This document shows, piece by piece, positions 12,311-23,645 of a DNA stretch of 64,000 nt. Both the position numbers and the translations under genes were made by a program. Source of the DNA: the human T2T-CHM13v2.0 reference genome, Homo sapiens. The stretch is from assembly GCF_009914755.1 (NCBI RefSeq), contig NC_060931.1. One strand, written 5' to 3'. The notes below the pieces were generated by a model. It was not told where the DNA came from. It did not search any database and saw nothing but the letters and a program-made list of their open reading frames with translations. Position 1 is the stretch's first letter, and each line of letters begins with the position of its first letter.

Positions 12311-12711
12311 GAGGGGGTGATATAGAATTCCTCCAAAATTTTTGCTTGGAGACTCTTAATGGTACATTTATCTGTAAGGGAATACAGGGACATTGCAAAT
12401 GTGGGGAAAAATGAAATGTAAACTGAGGAGCCTATGGCATAGCACAGGTGCTCTGATGAGCAGTCAGGACTTTGAAACGTAGTGGGAGCTACTGCCATTT
12501 GTACAATGATGAGCCATAGGATTCCTTTCTGATATAAACTTCTGATCAGTTAGTGCTAATCAGAGCAATGTTTCATTTGAAGTCTAGAGAAAAGATATGT
12601 GAGAAAGGCATTCAGGGTGGTGAATAAGATGTAGACTTGCAGTCAGGAATGAACACATAGACCTCTGTTTTAGAAAGATATTGAGAGTACAGTGAAATCA
12701 GAAATGCTGTA

Positions 12712-12900
12712 ACACTAGAGTGCAGAGTCGGACTGTCTGGACTTGAATCTCAGTTTCCCATTTACTATCTACCTGACCCTGAGTTAGCTACTACTACTAA
12801 ATCTGTGTCTCCAAGACTTTACCTGAAAAAATGGGCACAATTATAATTCTTCAGAGTGCTGTGAGAAATAGATATCCTGAGAAGTGCTTAACCATGTAGG
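12712..12900 (+). mobile_element. MIR
   Basis: cagagtcggactgtctggacttgaatctcagtttcccatttacta...tgaccctgag...cctgaaaaaatggg...tcagagtgctgtgagaaat. Confidence 0.7.
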
Positions 12901-13124
12901 AAAAAAATCAATTGCTCACTTTAAAAAAAAAAACCATAAATATGTATTGTATATGTTATACATATAAGAATCTTAAGTACCAGACAGAAATTAAAGAGAT
13001 ATGATAGAAAAGAAGTCATTAAACATTTTAATATGAAAACACTTGTCCATAAAAGAACACTTTTTCCTCATAGGAACTAATACAGATTAATCACTATGAA
13101 TTCAGGATTATTCAATCAATTTTG

Positions 13125-13250
13125 TTTTCTTTAGACAATAAATTTGAGGCCTAGAGATGTTCAGTGACACAACCAAGGTCACATCCAATCAAGCCAGAGT
13201 CAAAATCAGCAGTTTCCTAATCCCAAGTAAGATGAATCTTTCACTACACG
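13125..13250 (-). mobile_element. MIR core fragment
   Basis: tgaggcctagagatgttcagtgacacaaccaaggtcaca. Confidence 0.65.
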
Positions 13251-14894
13251 ATGCTAGATAATAATCCGTTTAAAGAAAAATCTATCAGTTAAGTCAAAAT
13301 CTTTACGTCACTTCTACCTCATTTTTATCATTTATCTATCAAAAATAACTTGTGTCAAATTGTTCTTAGAATGTCAAATCTCTGAAGCAGAGATTTTTTT
13401 TTGCCTTTTTAGAATTAACTTTTCCCATACACTGTGCTGTGTATGCAGTAGGCAATTTAGACGATAATAACCAGCATTTTGTTTATCTGTCTGAAAGAGT
13501 GTTATGGGGTATTTGTCCTCTGGTGAAAATTACACACTGGTAAGTTTCAATGTTTTTTTTGCTTGTCTCTGTAAAGTTTGTATTTCTTATGAGGCACTTT
13601 TTTTCCAAGTTATTTTTATGGATGGATTGGAAAGATAAAAAGAAGATGGTAGACCAAGGGCAAGGTATAAATACAAGCTAACGAGCTAGAAAAACTGATT
13701 TCCTTATATAATTTTCACCTTCCCTTTTCCCTTCCCCACTAGGATATATATATAAAATTTATAATAAAATCAGGCTAGAATGTCTGCCAAAGATAGAATA
13801 TAAATTTCATTACAGTAAAGCTAAAAATCTAGATACATAGTTATGCAAAGATTTAACTAAGTGTAATCCACTGCCATCAACTTTGAAGACAGCATCACGT
13901 TCCCCAGGATAAATAATGAGGGTTTGCATTAATACATTGAATGAGAAAATGCTCCTTTGCATTAAATTGATTTTTATTTTTGTCATATTTTCCCATATGT
14001 CATATGTCCAGCAGGACTTGCTCTCTGTTTATTTTGTACTCATTAGATTTACGTAGTTTTTATAGGTTAAAAGAAATAAAAAGGCTTGGGTACTTGAATA
14101 CTGATTGGGCAGTTTAAAGACAAAATATTGTATTTCCTTCTCTTTATTGACAAATAATTTGGAACATAGCAATAGGGGGAAAAAATGTAACCTGGATACT
14201 GAGACAAACATTTCCAAGAAATTCTTATAGCTACTCTTAAAGAATGACGTCTTAACACAGTATTTTTTAGATGCTTCAAGCAATTTTTAAAAGAAAATGA
14301 GAAATAATCCAGTTAGGAGGTAATTCAGAGTAAATGGTATTGCATAAATAGAAAGCACACAAATGATCTTTAAATGCATGCTTAGAAAACGAAGCATTTA
14401 CATTTATGGGAAAGAGTAGATGACTCCAGTAAAATTGCTCTTATTGTATAGCACTTATTTGGTACTTTACATTTTAGAACTGTGCTACTGTTATTGAATT
14501 AAGCAAGAGTTCCAACACTTTATATGAATTACTTTTACCCACAAATTATGCAGGACTAGAAAGTACATGAGAAAGTTGCAAAAAAAAAAATGCTGTTGAT
14601 AAGCTTCATTTCATCACTAAGAAAGTTTGTAAATCTGAAGAACTGAATGTTGACTTTGGAGAACTATGGAATGGGGGCCAGAAGCAAAAACAGATCTTTT
14701 CAATTGGATTACAAATAATGACACAAGAACCCATCTGCCTATGTTTTGTGGTGAAGAATGCCATGATTATTTGATGAGTAGGAGGGAAAGTTTGGTGGGA
14801 TGAAAAATGGAACAAAACCAGGGAAGCTGGCTGCCTCAAGTTCAACAAGAAAATGTCAAATTAAATGTGTGTTCTCTTCCTGAAAAATACCCAC

Positions 14895-14985
14895 CCTCGT
14901 TATGCAACCACGTGTTGACGACTGATGCAAATGAAATTTTCGAGTCCCATACAAATGTGTTGCTTATGATGTCAGCTTAGAGCGA
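14895..14985. promoter_or_regulatory. Candidate enhancer: clustered bZIP (C/EBP/PAR, ATF), E-box and octamer motifs
   Basis: GTTATGCAAC 14899-14908, CACGTG 14909-14914, TGACG 14916-14920, TGATGCAA 14923-14930 overlapping ATGCAAAT 14925-14932, TGATGTCA 14967-14974. Five CpGs in about 90 bp. Confidence 0.45.
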
Positions 14986-16571
14986 GCCAGTCCTCAGCAA
15001 TACACAGAATTAATATTGTAGCCTTAGAAAAAAGATGCAGACATTAAATGTTTATAGGTACAATCTCCCTTTCCTCTTTCCTATATTCCTATTTAATCAC
15101 GAACTACTAGAATTAGAAGAGTTGTGGCTTTGGATTAAATATAATTTGAATCCTGGCTGTCACCTTTATGGGGAAAACTAGGCTACTGCTACTTCCCTAA
15201 GGCAAACACATCTGTGATTTAAGCTAATAGGCCCTGCATGTCACTGTTGCTTCCTACAAACAGGGCTAAAATAGCCTGGCTTTGCAATAGAACCTGTAAT
15301 CTTAAAGAGAAATCATATCATTTTGAATAAAGTCCACCTTATCTGATAAAACATTTTCATGCCAACTAGTGATTTTCCAACTGAATGAGTGTTTCAGTTA
15401 ATGAGCATATGTGAACATTTTGATTTAAAAAAAAGCTGGAGATTCAGCTTTAAACTCTGAGGTACTGTATTCATTCTCAATTTCTAGCTTAAAAAACTGA
15501 AAATAACTTTTTGAGATAAAAATGAGAAAAGCTGAATTCTTTTGCTTTGTTTTCTGAGATTTACCTTTATCAAAAGTAGTTGTTATTTTAGTGAGTACTA
15601 ATGTAAACACTGAAACACCAGCACTATAAAACATTTTACACAGGAAAGAAATTAAAGTAGGTAGTTCAGTAAGTTAATTGACTTGTTTTTAAATTAATAA
15701 GTAGTAACTGGAGAAGGTAACAGTGACAACAAATGCAAAGTATCAAAGAAAAAACTTCAGAGCATTTAATCTGAACAATTTCTTTAAACTTTAAATTTGA
15801 AATACTTTAAATTTTTTAGTTCCAAATTTACTCATAATTATCATCATATATATTCACTTTAGTAAATTACTGTACTTATGAGCCATACATTTGTTCTAAT
15901 ATAATGAAAATTACACAGTAATAAAAATATTCAGTAGTGACTCTAACATCAACTACCGATATAGCAAGATATTTACTCTTTAAGAAAAAAGCAAACCCTG
16001 AGGTTAATTCCATCTAGGCTCTTCTGTCATTTCCTCATAAGTGTGCAACAAAGTATAGTCCTGTAAATGTAAATACCGATAAAATAGTATCTTATTGTTC
16101 TTCGTGGAAATTAGTGATGCATAATAACGCATGTCATTAGCGATACTGAAAACCATTGGAGAAATTATTATTGCATTTTAATGAATGAGTTAAATGCCTG
16201 GGATTGTCAACTATGCTAAAAGAATAATTATCTGAGAAAAATTAATTCTGGCATTTGGTAATTACTAGTTGAAAAATTGTAAATTTCATTGAAAGGATAC
16301 TTTGTCTCAAATGTTTTACGCTGTCTCAAATGCTGGAACCACATATGGGGTTGCATGTAGAAAATATTTTATTATACAATCATAGACTATTACAATTCAA
16401 AAAATATTTTAAAAGACTTAAAAAGTATCCTTATCCAGGTTATAAGAGCACCAATAATAACAACTATATTTTTTATCAGAGTTAAAAATTTATAACTATG
16501 ACAAGATTAGTTGGACAACTGTTTTTAGTGTGGGTAGTTTTAAAAATACATGTGATAAAACATGAGTTAAA

Positions 16572-16690
16572 CTTTGATGATGAGTATGTTGATTTGCTTG
16601 ACTGTAGTAATTACTTCACTGTGCACATGTGTATCAACATTAGTATATCAAAACATCATGTCACACACCTTAAGTATATATAATAAAAAC
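16572..16690 (+). mobile_element. L1MA 3' terminal fragment
   Basis: tatgttgatttgcttgactgtagtaattacttcact...tatatcaaaacatcatgtcacacaccttaagtatata. Confidence 0.8.
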
Positions 16691-16829
16691 ATTTTTAGAT
16701 GTTATTTTTCTGATGTTATGGGGCTAGTAAAATCCCATTTTAAAAGTTTACACATCACAGAATTTTTTAAATCACATTTGATATTATCATATATATGCTG
16801 AAAAAAATTTACTTTTTCATCATTTTACC

Positions 16830-17226
16830 ATTTAAAATGATCATGCAAAATCAGTGGTGGGTAACACTGCTTGTGCCGTTATTAAGAGAAATCGAGTCAG
16901 TGGCACCAAAACATACTAGTAGTCATTGTGCTCTTCACTGTCACACATTTAAAAGTTTCTCTTAAAAATATTTTAATAAAGCACTATAATTTATTAAGTT
17001 TATCAATTATTAACCTTTGAGTACATATCTTTTAATATTCTATGTAATAAAATAAGTAAGTATAAAGCACTTCTGCTACATATTATGAAATGCAATGGTT
17101 ATCTCCAGGAAAAACGCTTACGTGATTGTGTTGAAAGCTAAATTAGCCACCTCTATTGTAGAACATAAGTTTTACTTGAAAGAATAACCAACAAACAAAC
17201 TATGGTTATTCGAAAGTGGATATTTG
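16830..17226 (+). mobile_element. Charlie1-type hAT DNA transposon, left part
   Basis: atcagtggtgggtaacactgc...gtggcaccaaaacatactagtagtcattgt...gcacttctgctacata...caaacaaactatggttattc. Confidence 0.8.
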
Positions 17227-17231
17227 AAGAA

Positions 17232-18882
17232 CCAAGCTAATTGTGAAAAAGGATAATCTTGAAAAAGGACAAAGGACTCACACTTCTGGATTTCAAAACT
17301 TCCTACAAAGTTGAAGTAATCAAGGCCGTGTGGTATAAGCATAGACATATAGATCAAGGAAGTCGAACACAGAAGCTAGAGCTAAACATTCACGGTCATT
17401 TGACTATTGACAAGGAAGCCAAAAAAATTCTATAGGGAAAGAAGAGTCTTTTCAACAAATGATGCTAGGAAAACTAGATATCCAGGTGCAAAAAAAGGAA
17501 TTTGGAGCCCTACTTCACATCATTTATAAAAATTAACTTGAAATGGCTTATATACCCAAGTGTAAAAGCTGAAACTGTAATACACTTAGAATCAAACACA
17601 GCAATAAATCTTTGTGACCATGGGTTAGGAAATAGTTTTTTAGATAACCAAAAGCACAATTGGCAAAAGAAAGAAATAGATAAACTGAGCTTCATTAATA
17701 CTAAAAACATTTGTATTTCAAAGAATATCATCAACAAAGTAAAAAGACAACTTACAGAATGAGGGAAAATATTGGTAAATCATAATCTGCTAAGGGTGTA
17801 TTTTCCAGATATATAAATAACTCTTAAAACTAAACAATACAAATACCCCAATTAAAAACGGGCAAATTTTCCAATAAGGCATGCCTTGAAAGAAGATAAA
17901 TAAATGGCCAATAACACATGAAAAGATGCTGAACTTTGTTAGTCAATTAGAAAAAGCTGTAGGATTCCACTTCACACCCACTAGGATGGTATAATAAAAA
18001 AGACAGACAATAACAACTGTTGACAATGATGAAGAGAATTAAGCCCTCATACATTGTTCATAGGAATGGAATGTAAAATGGCAGACACTGTAGAAAACAG
18101 TTTGGCAGTTCCTCAAAATGTTAAACACAGAATTACTATAGGATTCAGCATTTCATTCCTAGTTGTATACCCAAGAAAACTGAAAACATGTCGACATAAA
18201 AAGTTGTACTGTTTATGGCAGCATTATTCGTAATAGCCCAGAGTGGAAACAACCAAATGTCCATCAACTCATGAATAAATAAATAAAATATGGCATATCC
18301 ATATAATGGTTATGATATATCCATAAAGTTTATATCCAATAACATATAGTATATCCTTAAAATATAATGAATAAATATGATATAGCCATATTTCCAAGTG
18401 TCCATCAACTGATGAATAAAATATGATATATATAAAAATAATATGTCATATCCATATACCATATGTATAATCCATATAATAGTATGTCCATCTAACAATA
18501 TAATGAAATATTAGTTGGCCATACAAAAGAATGAAGTCCTGATGCATGCTACAACATGGATGAGACTTGAAAACATTATGCTAAGTGAAAGATGCCAAAC
18601 ACAAAAGACCATGCATTGGATGATTCTATTTATATAAAACGTTTAGACTAGGCAGATCCGTAGAGACAGAAAGTAGTCATTTCCTAAGATTTGGGAGTTG
18701 GGCTAAAATGGGGAGTAACTGTTAATGACTATGATGTTTCTTTTTAAGGTGACAAAAAAGTCCTAAAATTGTAGTGGTGATTGCAAAATTTTGTGAATAT
18801 GCCAAAAGCCAATGAATTATAAAATTCAAATTCGTAAATTCTATGGTACATGAATTATATCTCAATAAAGCTGATTTAAAAA
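17232..18882 (+). mobile_element. L1MB (ORF2 3' part and 3' UTR) inserted in Charlie1
   Basis: ORF 17502..17762 is degenerate ORF2 (EPYFTSFIKINLKWL). Terminus tgaattatatctcaataaagctg. Confidence 0.9.
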
Positions 18883-19806
18883 AGAAGTATTTGGCAGACT
18901 TTTTCTCAGAAATGAATGAAGTGAGCCTGTCACTTCAAAAAAACAACTAATAATATATGTTGCCAGTGATACATAATTAAGACTGTCAAGAAAAAATTAA
19001 CATTTGAGAAATTTGGTTCTTGCTGCTGTGTGCTTAGTGGCTTCCCAGTATTAGATTTTTCTAATGAGAATAGTAAGGATATTAACAGTTTTTTAAATAT
19101 ATTTATGAAATGTGTTGACACTTAGAAGATACGCAAAACCCAGTAAACCAATATTTTTCAAATGACCATTGAATGATGTTACAGAGAGTCATGCATCAGT
19201 AAAAGATCCATTTAAAGTACAAAAGAAGCTGGTGGAATTTAAAGTAACAGAGTATGAAAAGTGTATTGATAGAGTATTAAAAGGTTATTAAAAGATATGG
19301 CTTCAAATCTGCATTGCAATTAACCTTTAAGAAACTACCATTTATTGAGCTTAAATGAGGAATTATCTGAAAAGGCCATTAATGTACTTCTTTTTCCAAT
19401 TCCATGTTTACGTAAGCCAGATTTCCTTTCATACTTCAGCCAAAAGAACATATCATAATGGGTCGATTGCAACCCAAATATGAAAATCTAATTATTCTTT
19501 ATTAAGCCACGCATTAAGGAATTAAAAAGTAAAACACCACTCTGTTTACTAACATTCATTATTTTTATTATTAGAAAATATAGTTATTTTTCCTAAAATA
19601 ACTATATTTATTTCATGCTATCTATGATAATATTTAATGGGTTTAATATTATTATTTTTAAACGAATTATTAAATATTTTAAATATTTTTCGGTTTCTAA
19701 TTGATAAACAGAAATAGCTGTAACACGTCTAAACAAAATCTCTTTGAGATACAATTTTCTAAGAGGGTACAGGGGCCCTCAAACTAAGAAGTTTAGGAAA
19801 CACTGC
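18883..19806 (+). mobile_element. Charlie1-type hAT DNA transposon, right part
   Basis: gtatttggcagactttttctcagaaatgaatgaagtgagcctgtcacttcaa...aaaagatccatttaaagtaca...aagtttaggaaacactg terminus. Confidence 0.85.
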
Positions 19807-21246
19807 TCTACCTGTTTACTTTCTAGAAGGGAGTGCTTCAAGTATTTTTCTGAAGGGTTAAGTATAGAGATAGTGTGCTGGATAAACAGATCAAGTGGTG
19901 AGATATCTGGAAGTAGAAAGTGTTTTTTAAAGTTTTTAAAATTCAATTTTTAAAAAAGAGAACCACACATTTTTGTTGAAAATGAATTAAAACAAACAAA
20001 CATACAAAAAACAGGAAAAAATTTATCTGTTGTTCCAGGCAGCTGAAGATGTAGCTATGGGGTTTTCTTAGTATGTTGGCAGAAACTGCAAATTGACTAG
20101 ATGTGGAGAAAGGATTGGATCCTAGTATCTGGAAAAATCTTTTGTACCACTCGCAAATACCTTGTAAAGGGAATGGTGTTTTTACAATCATGAGTTTTGA
20201 TTTGGTAGAAATTCTAATTGAAAATGGGATAATCACTTGAAAAGGTAGAAGTACCTAAGTAAATGAGTTACTTGGACTGATAATATAGGTAAGGCTAAGT
20301 TAGGCTTCTCTTATGTCTGTGTATATAACACCTTTCAAAAATTTGTTACAAAACAATAGATCTATTTTAAAATGTGCTGTTTCTGACACTGGAACTGAAA
20401 ATTGGTCACTTGCAATGATACAAGCAGAAATTCTAGTATGATTGTGAAAATAAGATCAGGTGAATTAATACAAAACTTTGGAAAATTTCAGAAAATATTC
20501 TGATATTTGGGCCTTTGGTGTTTCCGAGGCACAAGGCTAAATCTCAAATTTCTTCATAGTGAGAATTGGCCTACTGATGAGGCCAACTGGGTATTTGCAG
20601 GGATGTGGGGTGAATGGCAAGATCACATGTTTTCTTGACCTTATCCATCAACGTGGTGTCTCACCACAATATTAAAGCCCTTAAGAGGTAGAGTGCCATC
20701 ATAGTAGTTTTCTCTTTAAATTAAGCTCTTGAAATTAGAGAAACTGTGATTCAAACAAAGTGGAGATAATGCCCTTTTCTTTTAAAGAATATTTAACATC
20801 CAAGCAACAACAGAGGAGATGCTGAAGGACGTCTAACTTTCAAGTGCCCTCTGACCCATTGTACCCAATTAAATATCTACTCATTTCTTCCAGAAATCAC
20901 TGCCTGTAGAGGTCAAACACTCCAACATTCCCCATTCTCTGTCCTATCAATACCATATTTTCATTCGAATAAGTATCTCTAACTTCTTCAACTTAATATC
21001 TGCCTTAATTCCTATTTTTTAAAAGCAAAATACTCAAACCCACCCTCTCAGTATTTGGTTCTAGCTTCAAGCACAGAATATTTCTGTGATGCCATCTTTG
21101 TCATGAGGCTTTCCTCAACATTGCTAAACCTGGAAATATCTGGGACAACCACAAACACCCTTCCTAACTCCCAATGGCTTCTGGGTGGAACCAGAGAGGC
21201 TAAGTCTTCATATGAAATCTGCATATTTATGGCAAAATGATCTAGT

Positions 21247-21553
21247 TTTCTTTCTTTCTTTCTTTTTTTTCTTTGAGACGGAGTCTTCCACTGTCACCCG
21301 GGCTGGAGTGCAGTGGCGCTATCTCGGCTCACGGCAATTCCGCCTCCCGTGTTCAAGCGATTCTCCTGTCTCAGCCTCCTGAGTAGCTGGGATTACAGGC
21401 GCGTGCCAGCATGCCTGGCTAATTTTGTATTTTAGTAGAGACGGGGTTTCACGATGTTGACCAGACTGGTCTCAAACTCCTGACCTCAGGTGATCCACCC
21501 GCCTCGGCCTCCCAAAGTGCTGGGATTGCAGGCGTGAGCCACCGCACCCGACC
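21247..21553 (-). mobile_element. Alu (AluSx-like), unusually CpG-rich
   Basis: Full antisense Alu with tgacctcaggtgatccaccc. 17 CpGs counted. Confidence 0.95.
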
Positions 21554-21764
21554 AGCTCTCTTTTTGTGACAAATATTAATAACATATAGTAAAACACAGC
21601 TTATCTATGCACAAAATCTAAAAGAAATTATGATAATGTCTTAAAAATAATATAATAAGAAGAACATGACATAATAAAGTATTATTTCCATATGAAAATA
21701 TTTGGGCACGACAACACGGGATGACCGAATGCATTATTAGTCTGGTGTTGGATCCTAAGGTGCT

Positions 21765-21975
21765 GCGCAGGGGCAGGGTCTCCAGTGAGAGCGTGTCCCC
21801 AATCCCCCTACCGGCTTCCCCAAGTTTGGTTTTGCGGTTGCCTGGCGTGCAGGAAATTTCCCCTTAGCTTCTGGATTTCTCAAGAAGAGAATCTGTCTGT
21901 GAATTTTTACTTAATTGGTGAGTTTGTGGGGGAAAAGGAGATCCAGGGCTTCCTACTCCACCATCTTGCTGACCC
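21765..21975 (-). mobile_element. Ancient L1M 5' UTR (promoter end) relic
   Basis: Minus strand begins gtcagCAAGATGGtggagtaggaagccctgg, resembling the YY1-containing start of L1M 5' UTRs. GC/CpG-richer than the flanks. Confidence 0.6.
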
Positions 21976-22228
21976 ATCACGCCTTCCTTCAGTTAGCCCG
22001 GTGTTTGCACTTTATATAGAACCACGTGAATATTCTAAGGTAACCATGTGTTATCTACTCCAATCCACAGGTCACTTTGTGGAGAGTAAAATTCTCCCAA
22101 ATGGTAAATAACTCCTGAAGAAAACAAAATATAATCTTCTTTTTGATTTATAAGGTAATTGAATTCCTACAAACTCCTGTGTATATTAAAATTTTGTAAA
22201 AAAATGTTTTTATATGTAAAATGAAGTT

Positions 22229-22770
22229 TGTATTAGTTATCTACTATTGCATAATAAACTACTCCAAACCATAGAGGCTTAGAACAATAATGTCGTTCCA
22301 TGGCTTCTGTGATTTCATAATCCAGGAACGGCTTAGTTGGGTGACTCTAGCTCAGGGTTCCTTAAAAAACTACCATGAAGTAGTCAGCTAGGGCTCGCTA
22401 CTGTCATCTCAAGGCTCAACTGGAAGAAGACCTACTTCCAAGCTCACTCACATTGCTCTTAAACTGGACTCAGATCCTCTCTGGCTGTTGCTTGTGAACC
22501 TCATTTCCTTCCCACATGGGCCTTTCCATAAGGCAATTCCTAGACTACTTCTTCCTCAGAATAGGTACTCTGAGAGAGATAGAAAGAGGGATCACTGGCT
22601 CTTTGTAGCATAGTCTTGGAAGTGACATCACGTAACTTTAGCCATATTCTGTTTGTCAGAAGTGTCACTAAGGCCTTACAGCTCACACTCAAGGAGCAGG
22701 GGATTGCACAGAGGCATAAACACTCAGGGGTGGGGATCACTGGGAGCCATCCTAAAGGCTGTCTACCACA
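22229..22770 (-). mobile_element. MLT1 (G/H-like) solo LTR
   Basis: tgtattagttatctactattgcataataaactactccaaa...ttccaagctcactcac...ggaagtgacatca...gccatcctaaaggctgtctaccaca. Confidence 0.88.
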
Positions 22771-22820
22771 GAGGCCAATTCTAGGCTTGGATAACTGTGA
22801 ACAAGCTTTTCACCTGTATT

Positions 22821-23320
22821 AATGTCATGAAGGACAAAGAAAGGCTCAAGAACAGTTCCAAATTAAAGGAAACTAGAGGCAGGGCAATGAAATATAATAC
22901 TTGATTTTGGGTTAGATCTTTTACTGAAAGAAAAAAAAAGTGCTAAAAAGAATTTAACTGAGTCAATTGACAAATTTGGAGTATGGCATATGGATTAGAC
23001 AAATGTATTTTTATCAATGTCAATGTTTCTGAGGTTAATAAATGTACTGTGATTATGTCCTTTTCTTAGGAAATGTACACTGAAGTGTTTAAGGATAAAG
23101 ATGCATAATTTCCTTTCTTTCAAATGGTTAAAAAACAAAACACACACATATATTCATGTCAATGTGTATAATGGAGAGAGAGCACAAATGATAAAGAAAC
23201 TGGAACAAAATATTAACAATTAATTGGTGAACCTTGGTAAAATGCATATGATAGTTCTTTGTACTCATTGCAACATTTCAGCAAAGCTAAATCATTTACA
23301 AATAAAACGTTTAAAAAATA
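22821..23320 (+). mobile_element. L1MC-type 3' UTR
   Basis: aatgtcatgaaggacaaagaaaggct...ttcttaggaaatgtacactgaagtgtttaagg...ttctttgtactcattgcaac...aaataaaacgtttaaaaaa. Confidence 0.85.
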
Positions 23321-23419
23321 GTACAGTCACAATGGAGAGGTTATAAAGAGCCCAGTCAGAGAAGGCACTGTTGCTAAACATTAGACAACATTTGTTTTGT
23401 GCAAATGACATACAGAAGG

Positions 23420-23645
23420 CAGTTAAGTATGTTTGAGTGTCTTCTATGTGCTATGTACTGGAAAAATGCTTTACTCATTTTCTCTTATTCTTGTTCAAAC
23501 TTAAACACATTTTTGTGAGGAGAGAATTATTGTTATTATCAAGTAGCTTATTTGTAAATGAGAAAACTCAGGCTTAGAGAAGTTAAGTAACTTGTGGGTG
23601 ATGTAAAGTTTTAAAATGGCCCAGCACAGATTCAAACCTTGAAGG
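23420..23645 (-). mobile_element. MIR
   Basis: ttgtaaatgagaaaactcaggcttagagaagttaagtaacttg. Confidence 0.75.

Noticed and set aside
14618-14773. Plus-frame peptide VCKSEELNVDFGELW resembling the TGF-beta family 'C....L.VDF..LGW' motif
   Set aside because: The following cysteine pattern (CxGxC, CC, CxC) is absent, there are no splice signals, and a stop follows. Judged a chance match.
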